Positions 18,179-28,218 of a stretch of 64,000 nt of DNA are shown here, one piece after another. The DNA is from Candidatus Lindowbacteria bacterium RIFCSPLOWO2_12_FULL_62_27 (lineage in GTDB: Bacteria; Lindowbacteria; 2-12-FULL-62-27). The stretch lies in the NCBI GenBank assembly GCA_001784175.1, contig MFPR01000030.1, forward strand, positions 62,001 through 126,000, read 5' to 3'. The notes beneath the pieces were generated by a model. That model saw nothing but the letters and a program-made list of their open reading frames with translations. It had not been told where the DNA came from and did not search any database. The stretch's first letter is position 1; each line of letters opens with the position of its first letter. The position numbers and the translations under genes were made by a program.

Positions 18179-19057
18179 TCAGGGCGGGATCCAGCAGGTG
18201 GAGATCGGGTGGAGGGCGATGCGGCCGTATTTTTTCTTGTAGGCCGAGATGGGTCCCGCGTCGGAGATGCCCCAGTCGAGCCTCCGGACGCCGGCCGATT
18301 TGAGTTTTTTCATGAGTTCGTAGTCCATGAGTTCCTGGGACCGCCCGTGTTCCTGGAGGGTGAGGGCGAGGAGCATGTAGGCATAAGGGCCAGCGACGAA
18401 GGCCGCGCTGACACCCAGGACCCTTGTTCGCCGCACGGCGACGACCAAAATCAGTCCGGGCGCGCGCGATCCCGCCGCCGAGAGGAGGTTCGGGATCCAG
18501 AAGGTGGCGACGCGCGGTTTGATGGAGTTCCATTCCGTGAACACTTTCAGAGCGCGGTCCCCATGCAGGGCCGCGTCGTACGGTTCCACCGTGATACCCT
18601 CGCGTTCCGCGTGCCGGAGGGAATTGCGGAGTGATTTATACTGGCTGCCGCCCAGGTCGAGATCGAATTCATCGAGGTCGCTGAGTTCCACGTTCTGCGC
18701 GATCGGCGCCCGGGCCGTCGGGCAGAGTTCCCTGAGCCGCGCCAGCAGTTGCGCGTCGAGACCGGCCGCCAGAATCCCGCGGCGCAGGTAGGCCGACCGC
18801 ATCTCATCCTCGAACAGCCGCGGTCCGCCGGGGCCGAGCGGTTTCTGGATTCGCATCGATTTTTCGTCCGGCTCGACGATGATCAGCGCCGACCCATCCT
18901 CCACGCGTGCGCGCAGCCGCGCGGTCGGCTCGACAAAGAGGTCGAGGAGCCACGGGTGCTGCATCTGGTAGAAAATATTCTCCTCGACAATCCGGATCAG
19001 ATCCGGCCAGCCGCCCCCCTCGATTCGAAATTCGTGTCCGGGGGAGAATTTCTTCAT
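18179..19057 (-). CDS. GNAT-fold protein (DUF2156 / aminoacyl-transferase-like)
   Basis: LGGSQYKSLRNSLRHAE, VLGVSAA, RRLDWGISDAGPISAYKKKY resemble the MprF-C/FemAB-type GNAT pattern. Confidence 0.6.
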   Translation of the reverse strand: MKKFSPGHEFRIEGGGWPDLIRIVEENIFYQMQHPWLLDLFVEPTARLRARVEDGSALIIVEPDEKSMRIQKPLGPGGPRLFEDEMRSAYLRRGILAAGLDAQLLARLRELCPTARAPIAQNVELSDLDEFDLDLGGSQYKSLRNSLRHAEREGITVEPYDAALHGDRALKVFTEWNSIKPRVATFWIPNLLSAAGSRAPGLILVVAVRRTRVLGVSAAFVAGPYAYMLLALTLQEHGRSQELMDYELMKKLKSAGVRRLDWGISDAGPISAYKKKYGRIALHPISTCWIPP

Positions 19058-19139
19058 ATGCCCGCATCCTACCTCCGGGCGACCGCTCCGACAACGTCGA
19101 ATATTGACAGGTGAGGAGCCCAATGAAAAAGTAGCGCGC

Positions 19140-21104
19140 ATGGCGGAGAACCTGAGAGCCCTCGTGGTGGACGACGAGGAGTCCTACCGGCGATTTTTCA
19201 AACGGTCCCTGGAGCGCAGGGATTTTCACGTGCGCGTGGCGTCCAGCCCGGACGAAGCGGACAAGGTTCTGGAGCAGGAGATCTTCGACGTGATCGTTCT
19301 GGACATCCTGATGCCCGGCGAAACCGGGGTGTCGCTCCTGAAACGAATCAAGCGAAAAGACCCGTTTGCCGAGATCATTCTGATCAGCGGCCACGCGACG
19401 GTGGAATCGGCGATCGAGGCCCTGCGCGGCGGCGCGACCGACTACATCGAAAAGCCCTTCACCGACAGCGAGCAGGTGCTGGCCACCATCGAGCGCGCGG
19501 CCCAGCGGCGGAGGGCCCGAACCGGCCCGTGGGACATCCTGCTGATTTCCACGGACGCGGCCGGCGTTTCGACCATCGTCAACACGTTGAACCCTCACAG
19601 CGTGCTGGTGGTCGAAAACGGCGAGGAGGCCATGGCGTTTTTGACGGCGCGCGTTTTTCACCTGGTCCTCCTCGATCTGGACCGGACCGATGTTTCGGCG
19701 CCGGACACGCTGACCGAAGTGGTCGAGCGGTTTTCGGCCACCCCCGTCATCGCGCTGACCGCGGCGGGCGACGACGAGATGGCGGCCCGTGCGATCGAAA
19801 TGGGCGCGCAGAATTTTGTGAGGAAAGACGCCGTCAAGACCGAACTGGCCCAGTGCGTCGTGGAGGTGCTGGACCCGAACCGCGCGCTTCTGCCCCAAGT
19901 GCGCGCCGAGGAGGTGGAGGCGCTGATGGGCCCCTCGGGCGCGCTGCGGTTCGTTTCGGGCAGCGAAAATTTTTACCGGCTTCTCATCAATTCGATGGCG
20001 GAAGCCTGTTTTGTCGTCGACAGCGCCGGCACCATCACCTTTGCGAACGAGTCGCTGGAGAAACTGACCGGCCTCGACAAGGACAAGATTCTGGGCTGGA
20101 AGGGCCATGAGTTGTTTTCGGAGGATTCGCAGAAACGGATCCGGAAAATATTCGACAGCCTCGTTCATGAACGGACCTCGCGCACGTTCGGGGCCGAGGT
20201 GGAACTCAAGGCGGGCCGGGGCGATAAACTTCCCGTACTCCTTCGCGGCACGACCCTTCACACCAAGGAAAGCGGCTTTGAAGCCTCCTTCATCCTCATG
20301 ACCGACATCCGGGAGCAGAAGGAACGCGAGCGGAAGCTCCGGGAGCTGGTGGCGATGCAGAATGATTTCATCTCGATGACCTCCCACGAGCTCAACACGC
20401 CCCTCGCCGTCATCGCCGGGTCGCTGTCGCTCCTCAACGAGCGCGTGTTCGGCGAGGTCAGCGAGCAGCAGTCGAAGCATCTGACGATCATCGAGCGCAA
20501 CGTCGGGCGGCTGCAGCGGCTGGTGAAGGACCTGCTGGACATTTCGCGGATCGACTCGGGCCGGCTGAGCCTGCAGCCGACGCTGACAGATATGAGGAGT
20601 CCGGTCATGTCGGCCTGCCAGGCGCTGTACGGGATCGCCCAGGAGCGCGGGATCAAACTGATTTTCCCGGGCACCGACACGCCAGTCTTCAAGGCCGTGG
20701 TGGACGGCGACCGGATCGAGCAGGTGGTCCTCAATCTGGTGAATAACGCCCTGCGCTATGCCGCGAGCCGGGTGGAGGTCAAACTGGACGAGGTCGAAAC
20801 GGAGAACGGCGCCGAAGTGCGGGTCGCCGTGGAGGATGACGGGCCGGGGATCGCCGAGGAGGACCTGTCCCACCTTTTCACGAAATTCTATCGCGGTCTC
20901 AAATCGTCGCAGGCCGGCAAGGGCACCGGATTGGGACTTACCATCGTCAAGGGCCTGGTCGAGGCGCATGGCGGAAAGGTCACCGCCGGGAACCGCGCGG
21001 AGGGCGGATCGCGCTTCACGGTGCTGATTCCAAAAACGCCGGTGCCGGACGTATCGAAGGCGCGGAAACCGCCGGCCGCCGAGCCGGTGCCAACCCAGAC
21101 ATGA
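19140..21104 (+). CDS. Hybrid sensor histidine kinase (REC-REC-PAS-HisKA-HATPase)
   Basis: LVVDDE..LDILMP..KPF; second REC domain; PAS segment (ITFANES); SHELNTPL; NLVNNA, DDGPGI, GTGLGL. Confidence 0.93.
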   Translation: MAENLRALVVDDEESYRRFFKRSLERRDFHVRVASSPDEADKVLEQEIFDVIVLDILMPGETGVSLLKRIKRKDPFAEIILISGHATVESAIEALRGGATDYIEKPFTDSEQVLATIERAAQRRRARTGPWDILLISTDAAGVSTIVNTLNPHSVLVVENGEEAMAFLTARVFHLVLLDLDRTDVSAPDTLTEVVERFSATPVIALTAAGDDEMAARAIEMGAQNFVRKDAVKTELAQCVVEVLDPNRALLPQVRAEEVEALMGPSGALRFVSGSENFYRLLINSMAEACFVVDSAGTITFANESLEKLTGLDKDKILGWKGHELFSEDSQKRIRKIFDSLVHERTSRTFGAEVELKAGRGDKLPVLLRGTTLHTKESGFEASFILMTDIREQKERERKLRELVAMQNDFISMTSHELNTPLAVIAGSLSLLNERVFGEVSEQQSKHLTIIERNVGRLQRLVKDLLDISRIDSGRLSLQPTLTDMRSPVMSACQALYGIAQERGIKLIFPGTDTPVFKAVVDGDRIEQVVLNLVNNALRYAASRVEVKLDEVETENGAEVRVAVEDDGPGIAEEDLSHLFTKFYRGLKSSQAGKGTGLGLTIVKGLVEAHGGKVTAGNRAEGGSRFTVLIPKTPVPDVSKARKPPAAEPVPTQT

Positions 21105-22495
21105 CTTCCCCTCCGAACCGGCGGACGCTGCTGCTCGTGGACGACGAGGAGGACCTGCGCGAGGTCCTCCACGATCTACTGACGACCTCGGGGTTCCGGG
21201 TCGTCACGGCGGCCGACGGCCGGGAGGCGCTGTCGAAATGGCCGGCGGTGAATCCCGACCTGGTCATTCTCGACGTGATGCTGCCGGACCTGAGCGGATT
21301 CGAAGTATGCAAGAGCATCAAGGCGCGCGCGGCGGGACATCTCCCGGTGATCCTGCTGACGGCCCGCGGGGATGTGGAGAGCATGGAGGACGGCCTGCTG
21401 GTGGCGGCCGCGGACGACTATGTGGTGAAACCTTTCCGGCATCGGGAGCTGGTGGCGCGCATCCACGCGTGCCTGCGCGTGAAGGACCTGCACGACGTGA
21501 TCCGAAAGCAGAACGAGTTTCTGAACCAGCTCAGCATCACGGACGACCTGACCGGCCTTTACAACCACCGGTACCTGACGCGCAAGCTGGACGAGCGGGT
21601 CAAGGCCCTGCACCAAACGGCGGGCGCGCTGACGTGCGCGCTGATCGACCTCAATCAATTCAAGTCCATCAACGACCTGTACGGCCATCTGACCGGCGAT
21701 GAGGTCCTGCGGCGGTTTGCCGAATTTCTCAAAAGCACGCTTCCCGCCGGCCATCCGCCGGCCATCTGCGGCCGGTGGGGCGGCGACGAATTTTTGATTA
21801 TTTTTTCGGACGGCACCCCGCCCGCGTCCTGGGAATCAGGCCTCACGGAGCTTCTGAAAAAAAATCAGGACCGTATTCTCGGCAATCTGCCGCCGCCCAA
21901 GGCTTCGCGGGAGAAACAGCCGGCCATTGGGTTGAGCGGCGGGATGGCCGTCGTGAGCGGCCCCGATCCGGCGCTCGATGCCGTGCAGATCATGGCAGAC
22001 CTGGACACGCTGCTGTACCGCGCGAAGGACGGCAACGGCAGCCGGATCGAGACAGCGGCGCCGAACTCGATCGGGCGGCGGCGCGATCGGAGCCGGGCCG
22101 GACCCGCGCGGCCGACGGGTCAGGTGCCGCTGATCTATGTTCTGGAGGACGACCCCGACATCTGCTCGATCATCGGAGACATGCTGGCACGTCAAAAAGT
22201 GGAGGCGCAGATTTTCCAGGAAACCCCGAAGATGCTGGAGGCGCTGAAGGCCGCCGTGCCGGACCTGATTCTCCTGGACCTAAAACTTTCCGACGCCGAC
22301 GGCATGGACGTCTGCCGGCAGATCCGGCGGAAGCCGGAGTTTTCCGGAACCAAAATCAGTTTCCTGACGGCCTTTACGTCCGAAGACATCAAGCAGGAGG
22401 CGATGGCATGCGGAGGGGACGCGTTTCTGATGAAACCGTTCACCTACTCCAAATTTGTCCAGGAAATCCAGCGTTTGCTGGGACAGAAAATCTGA
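21101..22495 (+). CDS. Response-regulated diguanylate cyclase (REC-GGDEF-REC)
   Basis: LLVDDE/LDVMLP; DDLTGLYN, FKSINDLYGH, RWGGDEF; C-terminal REC; ATGA overlap with the kinase. Confidence 0.92.
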   Translation: MTSPPNRRTLLLVDDEEDLREVLHDLLTTSGFRVVTAADGREALSKWPAVNPDLVILDVMLPDLSGFEVCKSIKARAAGHLPVILLTARGDVESMEDGLLVAAADDYVVKPFRHRELVARIHACLRVKDLHDVIRKQNEFLNQLSITDDLTGLYNHRYLTRKLDERVKALHQTAGALTCALIDLNQFKSINDLYGHLTGDEVLRRFAEFLKSTLPAGHPPAICGRWGGDEFLIIFSDGTPPASWESGLTELLKKNQDRILGNLPPPKASREKQPAIGLSGGMAVVSGPDPALDAVQIMADLDTLLYRAKDGNGSRIETAAPNSIGRRRDRSRAGPARPTGQVPLIYVLEDDPDICSIIGDMLARQKVEAQIFQETPKMLEALKAAVPDLILLDLKLSDADGMDVCRQIRRKPEFSGTKISFLTAFTSEDIKQEAMACGGDAFLMKPFTYSKFVQEIQRLLGQKI

Positions 22496-22512
22496 TATAG
22501 TCGGCCGCGGTC

Positions 22513-22586
22513 GGCGGGGTAGCTCAGTCGGTTAGAGCGGGCGTCTCATAAGCGCCAGGTCGCGGGTTCGATTCCCGCCTCCGCCA
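22513..22586 (+). tRNA. tRNA-Met (CAT), elongator type (Ile2 not excluded); CCA not encoded
   Basis: GGCGGGG/CTCCGCC acceptor stem, TAGCTCAG D arm, GGCGT-CTCATAA-GCGCC anticodon arm, GGTTCGATTCC T arm. Confidence 0.95.
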
Positions 22587-22588
22587 TA

Positions 22589-22752
22589 CAGGGATGTATT
22601 GTCCCCGGAGCAGGGCAATTTTCGTACAGGAAGTACGAAAATTGCCCAAGGGTGCGACCGGGACATCAGGGATGTATTGTCCCTGCTGTCCCAGCTTAAG
22701 TTTCGCCATGGATGGCGAAACAGTCCGGGTCAAACAGCAGGGACATCAGGGA
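22589..22752. repeat. Composite REP-like palindromic array downstream of the tRNA
   Basis: CAGGGATGTATTGTCCC at 22589 and 22667; GGGACATCAGGGA at 22660 and 22740; perfect hairpins at 22613-22647 and 22700-22721. Confidence 0.8.
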
Positions 22753-22754
22753 CG

Positions 22755-23348
22755 TCACCCCTCGTTCAACGCCTTTTTCGCCACCCGCGTGGCGAATACG
22801 GTGACGGCCACCGTTGCGAGCAGACCCACGACGAACAGGATGTTTTGGCCCGGCCCGGCCTGAACGGTTCCTGTCAACACCTCGGCCAGGCTTTTCATGG
22901 CGGACCCCACGTAGACGATCATGACGGTGCCGGGGATCATGCCGATCCAGGACGCGAGGACGTAATCCCGGAACCGGACGCCCGTGATGCCGTAGGCGAA
23001 ATTCTGGAGGTTGAACGGAAAGACCGGCGAGAGGCGCGTGAGGAGCACCATTTTGAATCCATTCTGCGCCACCGCGCGGTCCACCGCCGAAAATCGCGGA
23101 TACGATTCGACCTTGCGGCGCACCCAGTCGCGCCCGACGGTCCGGCCGATCCAGAACGCCGCCGACGCGCCGGCCACGCTTCCGGCCGCCACGCACAGGT
23201 ATCCCTTCCAGACGCCGAACAGAAATCCCGCGGCCAGCGACAGGACCGTGCCCGGGAACGCGACCATGCAGGCCGCCACGTACAGAGCCGCAAGCGCGGC
23301 CGGCCCCCAGAGGCCAAGGCCGGCGACCGCGGCGAGTATTTTTTCTAT
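22755..23348 (-). CDS. TVP38/TMEM64 (VTT/DedA-like) membrane protein
   Basis: FPGTVLSLAAGFLFG, LLTRLSPVFPFNLQNFAYG, GMIPGT. Start is uncertain: ATA at 23348 behind GGAGG. Confidence 0.88.
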   Translation of the reverse strand: MEKILAAVAGLGLWGPAALAALYVAACMVAFPGTVLSLAAGFLFGVWKGYLCVAAGSVAGASAAFWIGRTVGRDWVRRKVESYPRFSAVDRAVAQNGFKMVLLTRLSPVFPFNLQNFAYGITGVRFRDYVLASWIGMIPGTVMIVYVGSAMKSLAEVLTGTVQAGPGQNILFVVGLLATVAVTVFATRVAKKALNEG

Positions 23349-24430
23349 TTCAGCGCCTCCGGCGCCGGTCGCCGAAACTCTCTGTCGAGAAGGTACAGAT
23401 ACATGACCGCCATGGCGTCCTGGTCGACGCCGGTGGTGTTGTTGTAAACGCTCACGATTTCGTAGTCGTGATCCTTGAAGACCGGTATCCCCCTTTGGCT
23501 GGAATACCGGTCGACGCGCGAGATGCCGATTTTGTCTTTGAACCCGCGGGCGCGGCTTTTGAAGAGCGACTTGCCGGTGGTGAGGTCCCGGAGTTCGAGC
23601 GATTCCGCGAATGGATGCAGATGCACGGCGATGTAATGGACGGTGCAATCGAACGGCAGATCCATGAGCCTGGTCGCGAGCGTCCGGCGCACCTCGCGGC
23701 CGGGCTTGACGACCCAGTGCCCGGTGAATTCGCGCGCGAAGGTGTCGTGGTAGATGTGCTGGTCGGCGTTCTGACCCGGCAGGCAGTCGGCCTCGTGGAC
23801 GGTTTCGTCGGGCTTGTCGATCCCGTAGTATCCGTCGCGGCCCTTCAGGAGCGCCAGCCCATAGGCGCCGCGCGTAAAGAGCGGTTTGAAGGGCGCCTTC
23901 AAGTCCCGGTCCCGGACATACTCGACTTCGACCTTGTGGCGCACGTGGAACGTTTCGTTTTCAATGTTATGGTTGAGGACCTGCGTGGTGAGGGACAGGG
24001 CCTCGGTCGAAAGAATCGGGATCCCGAATCCTTTCGGAAAATCGACCGACACCTCGCCCTGCGAGAGCGTGAAGAGGCGGTTGGAGACATTCCGCCCAAA
24101 GAGGACATTGTGGCGGCCGGCGTCATAATAATCGAGATTGCTGTGACACATGAATTCCTGCGACACCGGCGCCGTGTCTTTCGGGCCCACCACCACGGCC
24201 CGGTATCCGGTGATCCAGAGCAATTCCGGAGTCTTGCGGTCGGCCGGCCAGAAACTCTGGGTGCTCTGCGGCCCTTTCATCGACGGGTATTTCCGGTCGA
24301 TGGTGTAGACTTTCGACAGCACTTCGACCGTCCGTGTCGCTTCCTTTGCCGCGCGCGCCGACGCTGACACGCCCAGAAGGCCCAAAAACAGGATGACCCA
24401 TCCGCTTCTCCGTCTCATCGGGTTCTCCAT
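23345..24430 (-). CDS. Secreted protein, PHM/copper type II monooxygenase-like fold
   Basis: Signal peptide (ARA); EFMCHSN, VHYIAVHLHPFA, C-terminal YNNTTG..DAMAVM resemble the HxH...M copper site. Confidence 0.6.
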   Translation of the reverse strand: MENPMRRRSGWVILFLGLLGVSASARAAKEATRTVEVLSKVYTIDRKYPSMKGPQSTQSFWPADRKTPELLWITGYRAVVVGPKDTAPVSQEFMCHSNLDYYDAGRHNVLFGRNVSNRLFTLSQGEVSVDFPKGFGIPILSTEALSLTTQVLNHNIENETFHVRHKVEVEYVRDRDLKAPFKPLFTRGAYGLALLKGRDGYYGIDKPDETVHEADCLPGQNADQHIYHDTFAREFTGHWVVKPGREVRRTLATRLMDLPFDCTVHYIAVHLHPFAESLELRDLTTGKSLFKSRARGFKDKIGISRVDRYSSQRGIPVFKDHDYEIVSVYNNTTGVDQDAMAVMYLYLLDREFRRPAPEALK

Positions 24431-24442
24431 CCTATCAGTCGC

Positions 24443-25987
24443 TCAATTCTTTCGGAAGAGACGCACGAACGGCGTCAGCTCCATCACGGTACCCGCGGGG
24501 TGCGCCTGCTTCCAGAAGACGACGTATTCCTGGACGAACGGATCCTGGGGCGTCGTCGCGATGAGGACATCGTCGTAGAAGTCGAGAAACTCCCGGCGCT
24601 GATACGGCGCGAGGCGTGTTTCGAACAGGTTGGGAACCGGCCAGGGGGAGTTCGGCCGGATCCAGAAATGTTCCTCGATGAAAAGCCTCGGATCGTAGCT
24701 GCCGAATTCCGCCGCGTAATGCGGGAATCGATGAAGGCCCGGATACCCGGAGAGCGACGGAAAAACGACGCTGTAGAAACGCCGGCCCGGCCGAAGGGCC
24801 GACGGCCAGTCCCCGAACACCATGCGCTGGAGGCCCTGGTTCCAGCGGACGTATTTGGTCAAGCTCGCGCCTTGAACCGCCAGCGCCGTCACGATAAGCG
24901 CCGGCATCAGGATCCGCAGCCGAATGGTGCTGTCCGCCGGGAGGAGCACGCCCGAGTAGACGAGGGCCATCAGCAAGGCCAGCTCGAGCGCGCGGGCGTT
25001 GGCGTAATGGAGATAAACGGTCTTGGCCGGCCCGGGCCATTCGGTGATGTAAGGCAGGAGGACCGCGGCCGCGAGGAACGCCAGGACCTGCGCGAAATGG
25101 CGCCGCTCGATCTGCGCGTCGGCGCCGGCGGCTGCGGGCGGCGGTTTCATTTGAACCGCGCGCCACGCGATGTGCGCAAGGATGAACGCGAGTGTCAGGA
25201 AGAGACTCCACTGGAGCGCCGGGATCGTGTAGACGCCTCCGATCAAGGCGAGTTTGCTCCAGCTCCACGGAATCCAGTGATAGGAGGAGGCGCCCGACGG
25301 CCCGAGGTCGTCCGCGAGCGGATTCGGTTCGGGCAGGACCTGCGTCAGGCGGATGAGATGGTAGGCGAGCGGCACGACGCAGGCCGCAAGCGCCGGCCAG
25401 CGCGCCGATTTTCGGCTGACCGAGTCGACGGCGAGCATGAGGGCCCAGAAAGCGAACGCGATGACATGGGTGAAATAGAGGCAGACCGGCGCCAGCCACA
25501 GCCAAAGCGGGCGGGGTCGGTCCGGCGCCATGATCAGCCGCGCGTAGAAAATGAGGAGAAGCGTTTCGCCCATCCGCCACGCAAAATTCCCGAACTGCCC
25601 GGCGAAATCCCACCGAAGGAGACTTGCCACGAGGGGAATGAGCCAAAGCGGCGCGGCCATCCGAAGCATGCGTCCGATCCGCACCAGCGCGGCCAGGAGC
25701 GCCACCCACGCGACGAGGTCCACCGCGAGGATGACCCGGGTCGGCGACTGGCCCGTCAGCTTCGCCGCCAGCGCCACGAGCAGATCGTGGAGCGCGTAAG
25801 GCGGCGGAAGGACGAATCGGAACTGCTCCGCTTCAAACACGCGGCCCTCCCAGACGCGCAGTTCCAGCCAGATCCGGCCGGCCGTGCTGGGAAGATCCAT
25901 GATGGGCGGCGTCGGCGACGCGAAGATCGGCCAGGTGGAGAGTCCCGCCGCGAGCAGGATCGCGCACGTGATCCGATTCATCTTCAT
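24443..25987 (-). CDS. Multi-pass membrane protein, GT-C-like glycosyltransferase candidate
   Basis: N-terminal TM then PPIMDLP loop, many TM helices, soluble C-terminus; ATGA overlap with the upstream YfhO-like gene. Confidence 0.6.
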   Translation of the reverse strand: MKMNRITCAILLAAGLSTWPIFASPTPPIMDLPSTAGRIWLELRVWEGRVFEAEQFRFVLPPPYALHDLLVALAAKLTGQSPTRVILAVDLVAWVALLAALVRIGRMLRMAAPLWLIPLVASLLRWDFAGQFGNFAWRMGETLLLIFYARLIMAPDRPRPLWLWLAPVCLYFTHVIAFAFWALMLAVDSVSRKSARWPALAACVVPLAYHLIRLTQVLPEPNPLADDLGPSGASSYHWIPWSWSKLALIGGVYTIPALQWSLFLTLAFILAHIAWRAVQMKPPPAAAGADAQIERRHFAQVLAFLAAAVLLPYITEWPGPAKTVYLHYANARALELALLMALVYSGVLLPADSTIRLRILMPALIVTALAVQGASLTKYVRWNQGLQRMVFGDWPSALRPGRRFYSVVFPSLSGYPGLHRFPHYAAEFGSYDPRLFIEEHFWIRPNSPWPVPNLFETRLAPYQRREFLDFYDDVLIATTPQDPFVQEYVVFWKQAHPAGTVMELTPFVRLFRKN

Positions 25988-28218
25988 GCGATGGATCTCC
26001 GACCGATCCATGTGGACGCCGCGCACAGGAGGGCCGCGGCCAGACTCACACACAGGCCGACCCGGAAACTCGCGGGACCGTACGCCAGATCAACGACGTG
26101 AACACCGGCGGGAACTTCCACTGCTCTGAAACTGTACTGCGCGCGCCGAACCCCGGCGGGAACGCCATCCACCGCCGCGCGCCATCCCGGATAATAGACG
26201 TCGTGGATCACCACATATCCGGCGGCCGGCGCCGTAACCTCCAGCCGGACATGATCGGCGCCGTAGGACAGAAACCGGCAAGCGGACAGAGCAGCCGCCG
26301 GAGGCGCGGACCCGGACCCGGACACGCCCGCGGCGGCGGGAGGACCGCCGGTCAGGATCACGCGCGCGGCCGGATCAAACGCCCGATCGGTCACCGCGCG
26401 AAGCGCATCGTGTTCGGAAAGCGTGACCGCGTCGCGAATCCAGATCGCGCGCGGCAAGGGATCGGGCAGGACCCGGAGCACGCCGCGGTCGGCGTCGACC
26501 ACGGATTTGAGGCCGAGCATCCGGAATGCGGGATGATCAAACCGCGTGATGACCACGTGCGTGAAGAAATCCTCGCTCGACGGTGGCAGACCTTCCGCGC
26601 CGTTTATCAGGCGGAGCGGATGGGAAAGCATGAGCGGGTTGTGGCCGCGAACGGCGAATGTCCGCGACAGGAGCGTCAGATTACCAAGATCGTTCGGCGC
26701 GGTGGCGTAGACGCGCTCGAAATTGTCCGAGGGCCCGGCGAGTTCGTGAATCCGCCAGGCCGATGCGCGCGCCGCCGCGTATTTTTCCGTCGAGCGAATC
26801 ATCCCGTGTCCCGCGAGCCACAGGTCCAGTACCGTCAGGCTCACCAGAAGCGCGCGGGAGGCGCCGGCGCCGATTTTTTCCCGATGTCCTGCCGCGAGAA
26901 TCGCGAACGCGGCGGCCGCAAAAAGAGAAAAGCGGACCGCCGCATCCGCCGCCAGCCCCAGAACGCCGGGCGGCAGGTCAGAGACCACGGCGGACAAATG
27001 CAGATAGGCGGCGCCCAGCGCGATTCCCGCCGCGATCCAGCCGGCGATCATGCGTGCGGCATGAACCGGCAGGCGATCCTCCATGCGCCGGACGAGACCG
27101 GCGACCAGAATGGACTGGGCCGCCATCGCGAGAAACAGCGCTCGGATGGGGTCCCGGAAATGATCCACCCCGGGAATCGCATGGACGTATCCGAACAGCG
27201 GATTGTATTTACCCAGCGCGAGGAAGATCGACGCCGCGAAGATCACAAAACAATATCGCTCGAAGGCCGTCGCGGTTTTCCAGCCGAACCCGAGGAGCGC
27301 GAGCGCAGCCAGCGCGCCGGCGTGGGCGCCGGATTCCCAGAACGAATGCGCGTAGGAGCCGATCCAGTAGGTAGCGTCGAGCGGATTTCCGAACGCGAAC
27401 GGGAAAAAGAGATTGAGAATCTCCACGGGCCGCAGGGACCCACGGACGGCCGCTTCAAGAGAGACGCCGTCTCCCCGCGTCGTCCAGGACATGAATTCCA
27501 GCGTGGGTATCACCTGCGCGCCGGCCAGCGCGAATCCGGTCAGCACGCACGCGGCGAAAGCGATCAGGCTTTTGGAAAGCGAGGGCCTGTCGACCGGCCA
27601 CGGCCGGACTACGGCAAGACCCAGGAGAAATATCAGACCATAAAATCCCATGAGCGGGTGCCCGCCGAGCACCATCAGCGCCGTACACACCGCGACGAAG
27701 ACCCAGCCCCGCGGCGCAGGCAGAGACGCCGCCCGCGCGAAGGCCCACCAGAGCCAGGGGACCCACGCGGCGGACTGAAGATACGCCAGATGGCCGGCAT
27801 AGAGATGCCGAAGGATGTAGCCGTTGAAGGCATAGACCAGGCCTGCGAGAAACGATGCGGTCCGAGCGTAGCCCATCCGGCCGGCAAAGAGAAACATGCC
27901 GGCGGACGCGAGGATCAAATGAATGGCCACCGTCCAGCCATAGGCTGACTCCGGAGAGAAAACATAAAACAGGATTCCGCCCGGATACATCGCGAAGGCC
28001 TGGAGGTCGGCCACCTGCGGATACCCGCAGAGGAGATAGGGATTCCACAGGGGCAGGCGGCCATACTCCAGAACGTAGTCTCGGAGGAAGCAACGGATCG
28101 GATAAAAAAAGACGAGAAAATCGCCCCCGTAGAGCGGATGCGCCGGCAGGAGCGTCTTTCCGAAAAACGCGATGCAGGCCGCCGCGAATCCGGCGAGCGC
28201 GATCAGCGCGCGCGGCAT
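25984..28218 (-). CDS. YfhO-family membrane protein (GT-C-like)
   Basis: GGDFLVFFYP, LPLWNPYLLCGYP, YYPGWRAAVDG, FRAVEVPAGVHVV. Confidence 0.9.
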   Translation of the reverse strand: MPRALIALAGFAAACIAFFGKTLLPAHPLYGGDFLVFFYPIRCFLRDYVLEYGRLPLWNPYLLCGYPQVADLQAFAMYPGGILFYVFSPESAYGWTVAIHLILASAGMFLFAGRMGYARTASFLAGLVYAFNGYILRHLYAGHLAYLQSAAWVPWLWWAFARAASLPAPRGWVFVAVCTALMVLGGHPLMGFYGLIFLLGLAVVRPWPVDRPSLSKSLIAFAACVLTGFALAGAQVIPTLEFMSWTTRGDGVSLEAAVRGSLRPVEILNLFFPFAFGNPLDATYWIGSYAHSFWESGAHAGALAALALLGFGWKTATAFERYCFVIFAASIFLALGKYNPLFGYVHAIPGVDHFRDPIRALFLAMAAQSILVAGLVRRMEDRLPVHAARMIAGWIAAGIALGAAYLHLSAVVSDLPPGVLGLAADAAVRFSLFAAAAFAILAAGHREKIGAGASRALLVSLTVLDLWLAGHGMIRSTEKYAAARASAWRIHELAGPSDNFERVYATAPNDLGNLTLLSRTFAVRGHNPLMLSHPLRLINGAEGLPPSSEDFFTHVVITRFDHPAFRMLGLKSVVDADRGVLRVLPDPLPRAIWIRDAVTLSEHDALRAVTDRAFDPAARVILTGGPPAAAGVSGSGSAPPAAALSACRFLSYGADHVRLEVTAPAAGYVVIHDVYYPGWRAAVDGVPAGVRRAQYSFRAVEVPAGVHVVDLAYGPASFRVGLCVSLAAALLCAASTWIGRRSIA

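Noticed and set aside
22589-22752. CRISPR array
   Set aside because: Only one full and two partial units, the spacers are themselves hairpins, and no cas genes are present.
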